A stretch of DNA of 36,037 bases from Pseudobdellovibrionaceae bacterium (GTDB lineage Bacteria > Bdellovibrionota > Bdellovibrionia > Bdellovibrionales > UBA1609): the NCBI GenBank assembly GCA_030591685.1, contig JAUVAX010000026.1:1-36037 (forward strand), read 5' to 3'. The translations under genes and the position numbers were made by a program. The notes under the pieces are model-generated. The model was not told the DNA's origin and made no database searches. It saw only the letters and a list, made by a program, of their open reading frames with translations. Below, piece by piece: positions 27,278-35,522 of this stretch (position 1 is its first letter; every line of letters starts with the position of its first letter).

Positions 27278-28402
27278 TTATTCCTCTAAAGTAAGAGTAT
27301 CAAAGGATACATTTATAGTCGCTCCCTGTACTGGAATATAGTCGCCATAAAAAACGATACTATTGGCATCAGGGCTATAATCCCAACCTCCGGACAATGG
27401 GCCAGGGTTACTGCTAACGTTAGGTATTGACAATCCATCTACGTAAACTTGGATGGTTTCAGGCTTAGGCGTTCTTGCTAAATAAAATTGTGTTGAGAGC
27501 TGGAGTATTTGTTCTGAAATAAAATTTAAATCCGTGGCAAAATCACCACATAAGTCTCCTTTGGCTCCACCTGTTGCGTCAACAAGCTCTCCGTAGCGAA
27601 CACCGATTTTTCTACCAGACCATGAGATGTTTAATAAGTCTCTGCAGGCCTCATCCCAAATTGACATGGAGTTCACATTAAACCTCTTTGTAGCCCCGCT
27701 ACTTGAAGTTAAGGCTTCTAAAAACTGAAGGTAGTAATTTGTTGGTACAATATCAGCATCGTTATAAAAGCTGGGTAAATCAGGGGTAGAGCCTGTAGGC
27801 CCCCATCCATATGTGGGATGTGAGAAATCATCCTCATCGCTCACAATGATGACGGCTAAAAAACTATCGGCTCTAACAAAGCCTGCGTTAAGAGGGGACG
27901 TTAGGGCCTCTTCCATGCTCTGAAAGGCTCTCTCTAGACCGCTCCCACTGGTTCCTTGGCGCATGTTTTCCAAAAATACAGCCTCAGGGTTGGGTGTGTT
28001 TTTATCAATTATTTTAATATTCGTGTGGATATAATTACCGGTATCTGTATCTAAATGACCTTCTTTAAATTCTGAAAAATCAGCTTCATAGTCGGGAAAA
28101 TAAAAACCCTTATAGGCTTCAGTCGTTGTTACTGCAATTTGGTAATCATAATCATTGGCTACAAACTTATTAATAAAACTAGTAAAGTTAGCCGCTAAGT
28201 TGTCCTGACTTGTTCCCATGGAGCCAGAGTTATCTACAACCCATAAGATATCGATTTTTGTATAAGTCTCTTCAGAACTACTTTGTATAAAAGTATTTTC
28301 TTCCGGCAATACAGAGAAAGTGGGGGTATCACTGGAGCACCCCAGTGTTAAAAAAGATATAATGCCTAAGGTTAGAAACGTACTACTTTTTAAGCCTGTC
28401 AT
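27278..28402 (-). CDS. vWA (MIDAS) domain lipoprotein
   Basis: GGGGAG SD and ATG 28402; lipobox LTLGC; DILWVVDNSGSM (DxSxS), IAVTTT, VIIVSDEDD. Confidence 0.85.
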   Translation of the reverse strand: MTGLKSSTFLTLGIISFLTLGCSSDTPTFSVLPEENTFIQSSSEETYTKIDILWVVDNSGSMGTSQDNLAANFTSFINKFVANDYDYQIAVTTTEAYKGFYFPDYEADFSEFKEGHLDTDTGNYIHTNIKIIDKNTPNPEAVFLENMRQGTSGSGLERAFQSMEEALTSPLNAGFVRADSFLAVIIVSDEDDFSHPTYGWGPTGSTPDLPSFYNDADIVPTNYYLQFLEALTSSSGATKRFNVNSMSIWDEACRDLLNISWSGRKIGVRYGELVDATGGAKGDLCGDFATDLNFISEQILQLSTQFYLARTPKPETIQVYVDGLSIPNVSSNPGPLSGGWDYSPDANSIVFYGDYIPVQGATINVSFDTLTLEE

Positions 28403-28479
28403 AATTTTAACTCCCCATAAAGCTACATTTAAATAGCTTCGATAGTTAATATAAGAGCTTACATACAACAGTTAGAATT

Positions 28480-28506
28480 GTATCGACGTTAGTCTAGATT
28501 GCTTTA
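28480..28506 (-). promoter_or_regulatory. sigma28 (FliA)-type promoter
   Basis: Minus strand TAAA-N15-GTCGATAC upstream of the vWA lipoprotein. Confidence 0.7.
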
Positions 28507-29107
28507 ATTATCGATGGTTCTTAAAAGCTTATATAACATATTTAAATCACTTACTTATTTAGAGTGAGCCTCAATGAGACATGGCAACTTGTTGAATTTA
28601 CTCATGTTTTTATGCCAAAATAATTTAAGAATACTTTTTTTGACTAAAAGTTCGTCATAAAAATTAAAATTTCAGGGCTTAATTCTACTAAAACTGACGA
28701 ACTATTTTTCACATTTAAAATGGACCTCACCAATGATATCTCTCAAAAACCCATATAAACCAACAAGTGGGGTGTATTAAAAAATTCAAACGAGCGTCTA
28801 TTGGTTCAATATGTCTTCATTAAGCCTCTGCGCCTCGTAGTAAATTAACAGCCAAAGCGGGCAGAGGGAGTCTTTATGTATCAGAAGTTGGAGGGGGTGA
28901 AGTTATAATTTCTTTTAAATTTGATCATAAATCAATCACGTGCCTAATATATAAGCTTTTTAATGTAATAAAATGTCATTTTATTACAAAAAAATTTAGA
29001 TTTTTTTAAACCTTCAAAAGTCCTGATTTAATAATTGTTCCACGGTAGTTATAGAGTGTGTAACAGGTGTGTTTTGCTAAGTTTTTAAATATTTGTATAA
29101 ATGCGCA

Positions 29108-29219
29108 CAGCGGTAAGACTTGCCGAACTTTAATGAAAATTCGTAGCATATGTTTGTGGGGGGGCGATGTCCGACAGGAAGACGCTTTAGAGCACGGAGG
29201 CTCACATCGTCCTTTTTTT
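29108..29219 (+). ncRNA. Candidate small RNA with GGA loops
   Basis: TTGCTA-N16-TATAAA upstream (29074-29101); 5' hairpin; stem 29162-29170/29204-29212 followed by T7, enclosing two GGA hairpin loops. Confidence 0.4.
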
Positions 29220-29469
29220 AGATTCTTACATTCTTTAAAAAGACCTTACCTTCTACAAAATAACAATCATCACATTTCAAAATAAAATCACCTTAAAAGA
29301 GAAAGGCCCGCAACGTTGGGGTCTAAGCTCTTAACTTTCTCATGACTAGTCCTCAAGAAGGCTCCTGAGCATCCAGGCCGTCTTTTCATGCTGTTGACTC
29401 CGCTTTAGTGAGCCAGTCAGCAGTAGCTTCGTCAGAGGCCTGTGTGACAACACTGTATATGCTTAATTA

Positions 29470-30054
29470 TTAATTGTGTTTATTAAACCAAGCTTTTGAG
29501 CCCTCTGGATGGGGGGTCATTGAGTCATCACCCTCAACCCAGTTTGCGGGGCAAACATCCCCCTTTTCGGCCGTAAACTGGTAGGCCGAGAGCAGCCGAA
29601 GAGCCTCATTTACACTTCGCCCCACGGAGAGGTTATTTACAGTGGCTTGTTGAACAACATCATTATCATCAATTATAAATAACCCCCTTAAAGCCACCCC
29701 TTCTTGGGTGAGGACTTCATAATCTCTAGCTATTGTTTTATTCAGGTCAGCAAGTAGGGGGAACTTAACCTCACCAAGTCCTCCATCACTTCGATCTTGT
29801 TGAGTCCACGCTAAGTGTGAAAACACAGAGTCCACAGAGCAAGCGATGAGCTCACAGTTTTTCTCTCTAAATTTCTCAGCAGCCTCTGAAAAGGCTACAA
29901 TCTCAGTAGGGCAGACAAAAGTAAAATCTAGGGGATAGAAAAACAGTATCTTCCACTTTCCTTTGAAGTCCTCAAGTTTTATATTGGTTATCTCACCATC
30001 AACAACCGCTTCTGCAGTAAAATTTGGGGCGGCGTGACCGACTAGTTTTGACAT
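29470..30054 (-). CDS. ahpC: Typical 2-Cys peroxiredoxin (AhpC/Prx1)
   Basis: FYPLDFTFVCPTE and VCPANW. Confidence 0.93.
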   Translation of the reverse strand: MSKLVGHAAPNFTAEAVVDGEITNIKLEDFKGKWKILFFYPLDFTFVCPTEIVAFSEAAEKFREKNCELIACSVDSVFSHLAWTQQDRSDGGLGEVKFPLLADLNKTIARDYEVLTQEGVALRGLFIIDDNDVVQQATVNNLSVGRSVNEALRLLSAYQFTAEKGDVCPANWVEGDDSMTPHPEGSKAWFNKHN

Positions 30055-30067
30055 ATTATTTCTCCTT

Positions 30068-30322
30068 TTAGTTAATTGAACCTATTACTCTTTGCATAAA
30101 CGTATTTAAGGCCTCTTTTTGAGGGGCCCCCTCTTCTACCATCTTGTTGACCTCAACGGCCCCGTAGAGGTCTGAAAGTAACTCACCAATGATATCTAAC
30201 TCATCAGGTTTTAGTCCGCGAGCTTGCGAAATGTGCTCGAGAACATTTATAGTTTTTGATATGTCCTCTTTACAATTTTTTTCACTATAGGCTGTGATAT
30301 GTTTAATTAGGGGTAATTTCAT
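30068..30322 (-). CDS. Small conserved helical protein (DUF6952-like) between thioredoxin and peroxiredoxin
   Basis: MKLPLIKH...ELDIIGELLSDLYGAVEV...ALNTFMQRVIGSI; overlaps the thioredoxin 3' end by 20 bp. Family label is from recall. Confidence 0.65.
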   Translation of the reverse strand: MKLPLIKHITAYSEKNCKEDISKTINVLEHISQARGLKPDELDIIGELLSDLYGAVEVNKMVEEGAPQKEALNTFMQRVIGSIN

Positions 30323-30614
30323 CGACTAAGCCCTCCACTAATTCAATTTTATTTCCTTGCGCTTCCTTTATAAGCTCTCCCTGGCGAAAGGCCGCAAACG
30401 TAGGCAAATTAGTCACATTGGCTAGCTTTCGAGCTTGGGGCATTTTTTCAGCATCAACATACACAAACGTTATGTTCTCATGTTTATCTGAGAGCTTTTT
30501 AAATTTTGGTCTTATAATTCGGCAGTTGCCACACCAGGTGGCTCCATACTGAACAATAACCCTCTCTTCGCTCTTGATTATTTGTTCAAGCGTATCTTTT
30601 GTAAGTTCGATCAT
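30303..30614 (-). CDS. Thioredoxin family protein (WCGNC)
   Basis: AAGGAG SD and ATG 30614 (MIELTKDT); YGATWCGNCR; cis-Pro motif NLPTF. Confidence 0.9.
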   Translation of the reverse strand: MIELTKDTLEQIIKSEERVIVQYGATWCGNCRIIRPKFKKLSDKHENITFVYVDAEKMPQARKLANVTNLPTFAAFRQGELIKEAQGNKIELVEGLVDEITPN

Positions 30615-30664
30615 TTGTTTCTCCTTGCTATAACCATTATTCGACCAAATGGTTAAAATATCCA

Positions 30665-30700
30665 ATATTGCTTTTCTATGGATTAACAGCTTTAAACTAT
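30665..30700. promoter_or_regulatory. OxyR-type operator
   Basis: ATAT-N7-CTAT-N6-ACAG-N7-CTAT versus the E. coli pattern ATAG-N7-CTAT-N7-ATAG-N7-CTAT; lies in the divergent spacer. Confidence 0.65.
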
Positions 30701-30729
30701 GAGTATTTGTGGTATAGTAGTTATTGACT

Positions 30730-31677
30730 ATGGCGTCTATAACTCAATTCGAATATATTATTGCTGTTAATAAAACCAAGCACTTTGGGCGGGCGGCTAA
30801 GCTTTGTAACGTTAGCCAGCCTTCCCTCTCAGCTCAGATACAGAAGGTCGAAGAAGAGTTAGGGATTATTATATTTGATCGCTCTAAAAAACCCGTCATA
30901 GCCACTGACAGAGGTTTAAAGGTGATCGAACAAGCTCGCCACATATTAAGAGAATATAAGGGACTGTTTAGTATCCAAGGCGAGGGTAGCGAAATTACAG
31001 GGGATTTTCAATTAGGGGTTATACCCACACTATCAGCTTATATAATCCCCTTATTTATAGAGTTGTTCTCAAAAAAATACCCAAAAGTAAATTTGACAAT
31101 AAAAGAACATCAAACAGAGGAGATCATCGAAAGACTCCATAACGATGAACTTGATGGGGGGCTTTTAGTTACCCCACTCCATGAGGAGCAAATCATTGAG
31201 CGCAGCCTATTTTTAGAGCCCTTTTATGCTTTTGTTTCAGAAAATCACAAATTAGCAAATAGAAAAATAATTAAGGACTCTGAGTTGTCAGAGAGCTCCG
31301 TATGGCTTCTTAACGAAGGGCATTGTCTGAGAACCCAAGCTCTTAAGATTTGCCATTCTAAAAACAAAAATCAGGTCTTAAAAAATGTACAGTTTGAAAG
31401 CGGCAACCTTGAGACGTTAAAAAATTTAGTAAAAAAGGGGAGCGGGTATACATTTTTACCCCTTTTGGCCACACTGAACTTATCCAATAACGAAAGAAAC
31501 AAACACTTACGAAAGTTTAGCAGGCCCATCCCCACTCGCGAAGTGAGCTTAGTTCATAGCCGGAGTTTTTTGAAAGAAGAAATACTCAGAGCTCTTGAGT
31601 TAGTCATTTTGGAGTCTATACCAAAAGAAATAAAATCTCTAAAAAGAGGGGGGCTTGATGTTATTGAAATTTACTGA
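30730..31677 (+). CDS. oxyR: LysR-family hydrogen-peroxide-inducible regulator
   Basis: LysR HTH (HFGRAAKLCNVSQPSLS); GHCLRTQALKIC carries both redox cysteines; divergent from the Trx/Prx genes. Confidence 0.9.
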   Translation: MASITQFEYIIAVNKTKHFGRAAKLCNVSQPSLSAQIQKVEEELGIIIFDRSKKPVIATDRGLKVIEQARHILREYKGLFSIQGEGSEITGDFQLGVIPTLSAYIIPLFIELFSKKYPKVNLTIKEHQTEEIIERLHNDELDGGLLVTPLHEEQIIERSLFLEPFYAFVSENHKLANRKIIKDSELSESSVWLLNEGHCLRTQALKICHSKNKNQVLKNVQFESGNLETLKNLVKKGSGYTFLPLLATLNLSNNERNKHLRKFSRPIPTREVSLVHSRSFLKEEILRALELVILESIPKEIKSLKRGGLDVIEIY

Positions 31678-31840
31678 TTTTTTAAATAGGCTAGGTCTTG
31701 AAAGGAATGGGGTTTATTGTCAAACACTAAGGGTGTGATAGTATAAACAAACTTTCTAGTAACAACATTTATATTTAAAGATATAGTCTTACTAAACATA
31801 TCTCATAGTAATAAAAAAATACTGAGCCATAAGGTTGTAG

Positions 31841-33046
31841 ATGAGCATAAAAAAGCAAAAAGTTTTATTTTTCTCAGAGGCCGTTACATTAGCTCACGTT
31901 TTGTATCCTCATGAATTAGCGAAAAGTCTTGATAAAAAAAAATATGAGGTCTACTTTGCGGTCAATGATAGATATAATAAATTATTTGATTTTAAAGATT
32001 TAAAACTATGTCCACTTAATACCATATCCAATAAAGACTTTGTCGAAGCACTTAAAAACGGAACCCCTCTTTATAAAACAAAAATACTGGAACAGTATGT
32101 TAAAGAGGATATAGAGCTCATTGAAAAAATAAAACCTGACCTTATTGTTTCTGATTTTAGACTTTCACTTTGTGTCAGTGCTGTAATCAAGCGAACACCA
32201 CTTGTTTCTATAGCCAGTCCTTACTGGACGCCCTATAAAACAACACCTTTTCCATTGCCAGACTTACCTATTAACAAAATCATTGGACTTAAAATAGCTA
32301 TGTTACTGTACAGATTATTAAGGCCTATGTTTTTTTATTTTCATACAAGACCCTACAATTCAATTCGTAAAAAGTATGGACTAAAAGGATTTGGGGGGCG
32401 ACTGCAAGAGGCTTATACTTTTGGGGACGCTGTTGTGTTCCCTGAAATTCCAGAGTTATGCCTCTTAAATGGTGCGCCTAAAAATTACTCTTTTATAGGC
32501 CCTCTCGCCGGAGATTTAAGGCTCCCTTACAATAAAGAGATTGAAGCTATACCCAAGAAGGAGGAGCTTATATATATAGCCCTCGGAAGCTCTGGAGATC
32601 AAAAAAAGCTCCCTCTTATAATAGATACACTCAAAGACCTGCCTTACACTCTTGTCGTATCTTCGACCGATAAATTAATAAATACTAAAGCGCAAAAAAA
32701 TGTAGTGATCTCTGATTTTGTCAATACCAATCAAATATTGGATCGAACAAAATTAGTTATTTGCAATGGAGGAAGGGGCGGAACACAACAAGCCCTACTT
32801 TTTGGAGTGCCTGTTATTGGTATAGCCAGCAATTTAGATCAATATTTAAATATGCAAGGGGTCCTGAAAAGCGGAAGTGGTCTTCTGCTACGGTCGCAAA
32901 CTCTGAACAGTTCAGAGTTACTTCAAGCCGTGCAAGGAATTCTAAAAAACAATAAATACAAAATTTCTGCTCAGAAAGCTAAAGTGAACTACAAGAATTA
33001 TAAAGTCCATGAACGTTTTTCTAAAATACTTGAAAACTACTTATAG
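31841..33046 (+). CDS. GT-B fold glycosyltransferase (GT1/MGT-like)
   Basis: EAVTLAHV, PDLIVSDFR, YIALGSSG, ICNGG, GVPVIGIASNLDQ. Confidence 0.85.
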   Translation: MSIKKQKVLFFSEAVTLAHVLYPHELAKSLDKKKYEVYFAVNDRYNKLFDFKDLKLCPLNTISNKDFVEALKNGTPLYKTKILEQYVKEDIELIEKIKPDLIVSDFRLSLCVSAVIKRTPLVSIASPYWTPYKTTPFPLPDLPINKIIGLKIAMLLYRLLRPMFFYFHTRPYNSIRKKYGLKGFGGRLQEAYTFGDAVVFPEIPELCLLNGAPKNYSFIGPLAGDLRLPYNKEIEAIPKKEELIYIALGSSGDQKKLPLIIDTLKDLPYTLVVSSTDKLINTKAQKNVVISDFVNTNQILDRTKLVICNGGRGGTQQALLFGVPVIGIASNLDQYLNMQGVLKSGSGLLLRSQTLNSSELLQAVQGILKNNKYKISAQKAKVNYKNYKVHERFSKILENYL

Positions 33047-33068
33047 GTACATATAAAAAATAATTAAG

Positions 33069-34283
33069 CTACCTAAGCCCTTCTGATATATTAATTTTTA
33101 TGACCTTTAGAGCCGGTAAAATAGTAGCCCCAACAGTAGAAAGGCTAATTAATAAAACAGCTTTTATCATCATTACATTATCTAATCTGATCCTTGATAT
33201 AAAGCCCGAAGAAGAGTTTGGGGGCGGGGGCATGTTAATACCATTTTGATTTATAAGGTAAGTGAGTAAAAAGGTCATTATAATCCCTAATAATGACCCT
33301 AATAATGAAAAACAAATGCTTTCTATGAGAAGCATTTTAAATACCTTATTTGTGGAGTCACCAATGGCCCGCATTGTGGCGATTTCTTTAACTCGCTCAT
33401 TTATACCAGCTGCAATAGTGCTATTAACAACTAAAAAAATCATTAAAAGCAGTGCCCCCTGTAAAATCCCATATTGCCGATCAAATAAAAGTACTGTTTT
33501 TCGATAAAAACTAGCCAGCATCTCCCATGGTTGAATTTCAAGATCAGAGGGTAAAATATTTTGATTAATTTGTTGGGTGACCTTTAGAGTGTCCTGAGTG
33601 TGAGTTAAAAGCCCCACAAATGAGTGAATTTGCTTTGTATTTAATAGCTTCTGTGCCGCCGAAAGAGGAAGCCTCACCCCTCGATTGTCATAAATTTTAG
33701 ACGCTGAACTAAAAACCCCAACCACTTCAAAATCTAAAAGGTTCATTGCGCCTTCAGGTGAATTTACAAACATTGAGATATACTCACCAACTTTAAGGTT
33801 CATGGCTACCGCGACCCCCTCGCCAACAATAGCTTTATATTTATCTTTAGAGGTTAAATTTCGACCACTTAATATGTTTAGAATTTCTGAAATTTTTAAT
33901 TCCTTATCGGGCTCAATCCCTTCACCATAAATAGGGTAGTCCGCCTCACCGTTACTTAGTAGGCCTGAAAACACCAATCGTTTTGCTAATATTTTAACCT
34001 CAGATAGCTGACTTATTGATTTAAAAAGAGTCGGGTCGGGCGACATTAAATACTCAAAAGGCCTTTGTCGACCAAGCTCGTTAAAGCCCTTTTTAAAGAT
34101 TTGAAAATGACCGTACTGCGAACGAATGATGTCTTCACGAAACTGATTATAAATATCTTCAATAAACCCTGAGGCTATACTCATCCCTGCCACCCCAGTG
34201 GCAAGGGCTAAAAGAGTGAAGCCTGTTCTGATTTTACTTCTAAGTATATTTTTAAATGCTAATCGTAAAAGACTAATACTCAT
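33069..34283 (-). CDS. ABC exporter permease (FtsX/MacB/LolE type)
   Basis: N-terminal TM, large periplasmic domain, ERVKEIATMRAIG, three further TMs. Confidence 0.9.
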   Translation of the reverse strand: MSISLLRLAFKNILRSKIRTGFTLLALATGVAGMSIASGFIEDIYNQFREDIIRSQYGHFQIFKKGFNELGRQRPFEYLMSPDPTLFKSISQLSEVKILAKRLVFSGLLSNGEADYPIYGEGIEPDKELKISEILNILSGRNLTSKDKYKAIVGEGVAVAMNLKVGEYISMFVNSPEGAMNLLDFEVVGVFSSASKIYDNRGVRLPLSAAQKLLNTKQIHSFVGLLTHTQDTLKVTQQINQNILPSDLEIQPWEMLASFYRKTVLLFDRQYGILQGALLLMIFLVVNSTIAAGINERVKEIATMRAIGDSTNKVFKMLLIESICFSLLGSLLGIIMTFLLTYLINQNGINMPPPPNSSSGFISRIRLDNVMMIKAVLLISLSTVGATILPALKVIKINISEGLR

Positions 34284-34289
34284 TTTTTC

Positions 34290-35507
34290 TCACTTGTAAG
34301 CCAATGCTTCTGTAATGTTTTGCCGCGAAGCCTTCCAGGCGGGCAACAAACTCGCTATAAACGTTGAAAACAGACAAATTAAAGACGACCTTATAATGAT
34401 TTGAGCGGTCCACGTTAAGCCCGCTTCAAAGCCGTGGTTCATGCCTGGTGCAGGAGGCATGGGGATCCCTACTTGAGTCCCAATTTCACATATAACTATA
34501 CCAACAGTTACACCAAAGATGGCACCTAAAACGCCCCACAGTAGGCCTTCGTAGACAAAGAGCTTTAAAATCTTTTGCCTTCGAAAGCCTAAGGCTAAAA
34601 GAGTGCCGATTTCTTTAGTTCTTTCAAGCACATTCATCATAAAAAGATTAGCAATGCCTAAAATAATAACTATCACCATTAAGATTCGTAATACCCCAAG
34701 CTGTTTTCCAAATAATTCGACAGTTTTGGTGTAAAATTCATTTATTTCATCCCAAGATTTATACTCTAAATTACTTATGTGACTAAAATTTTTTTTAATT
34801 TTTTTGAGTACCCTTTGAGTTTCCTTGACGTCATCTACATAAATCTGCCACTTATGAACTTTGTCTGTTAAAAAAAGATTTTGTAAAAGTTTTATCGGGG
34901 CCTTAATGGCTAAGCTGTCTTTGTCCGCATTTGGGGAGGTAAATTTATTAATAATATTGGCCTCAACAGCATTAAAACCTCCATACTTAGTTTTTCCCAT
35001 GAGTACAAGGGGTTTTCCAGAGCTGGCTTCAAGGGTATTGAACAAGCCCTCCCCTAACATTACATCAAAGGTTGAATCAGTAAATAGACTAATGCCCAAA
35101 AGCCTCGGGACCTTTTTGAGTACAAGCTCCGAAAAACCGATATAATCACTGCCATATCCAACAAACGGGACCGTGACGCCGTTATATGCGACCATACCGC
35201 TGACTATTAATAAGGGTTTAACAAATATTATTTGTGGGTCTATGTTTTTTATTTTTTGGATATCGGGAGCTTCAATAAGATACTTTTGGGGGTACGCGGC
35301 CCCTTTTTGCCTATAACCGACCTGGGAGACTTCAATATGTGCCCCCCAGTTCCAAATGCCACCATCACGAGTGGCTAATAATAGCCATGACATAAATGAC
35401 TCTGCTGAGATAAGTATAGCTACTGCTAACACAAGTGACGCTAAGGTTAAAAACCCTCTGCGGGAGTTCCTAAACATACTTTTAAATACAAAAGCTAAAT
35501 CATTCAT
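34290..35507 (-). CDS. ABC exporter permease (FtsX/MacB/LolE type)
   Basis: ERTKEIGTLLALG, PMPPAPG, LPAWKAS; paralogue of the adjacent permease. Confidence 0.9.
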   Translation of the reverse strand: MNDLAFVFKSMFRNSRRGFLTLASLVLAVAILISAESFMSWLLLATRDGGIWNWGAHIEVSQVGYRQKGAAYPQKYLIEAPDIQKIKNIDPQIIFVKPLLIVSGMVAYNGVTVPFVGYGSDYIGFSELVLKKVPRLLGISLFTDSTFDVMLGEGLFNTLEASSGKPLVLMGKTKYGGFNAVEANIINKFTSPNADKDSLAIKAPIKLLQNLFLTDKVHKWQIYVDDVKETQRVLKKIKKNFSHISNLEYKSWDEINEFYTKTVELFGKQLGVLRILMVIVIILGIANLFMMNVLERTKEIGTLLALGFRRQKILKLFVYEGLLWGVLGAIFGVTVGIVICEIGTQVGIPMPPAPGMNHGFEAGLTWTAQIIIRSSLICLFSTFIASLLPAWKASRQNITEALAYK

Positions 35508-35522
35508 ACTTATAAAGCCGCC

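Noticed and set aside
29067..29285. 72-aa ORF in the intergenic gap
   Set aside because: GTG start with no clear SD, no protein-like features, and an internal stem plus T7 terminator; better explained as non-coding RNA.
29158..29410. tmRNA-like 5' end (GGGGGCGA...CGAC) and GTTGACTCCGC
   Set aside because: No GGxTTCGAC D-loop, no acceptor stem or CCA end, and no tag reading frame.
29370..29425. ZTP riboswitch-like words (GACTGGC...GGAG...GCCTGG) on the minus strand
   Set aside because: The P3 stem does not form and there is no downstream purine or folate gene.
1160..35145. Numerous short ORFs in the track overlapping long genes (e.g. 1160, 1637, 2076, 2551, 3224, 8184, 11271, 13337, 17303, 22286, 24426, 32761, 34861)
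   Set aside because: Antisense or alternate-frame shadows of well-supported genes, with no SD or recognisable domains.
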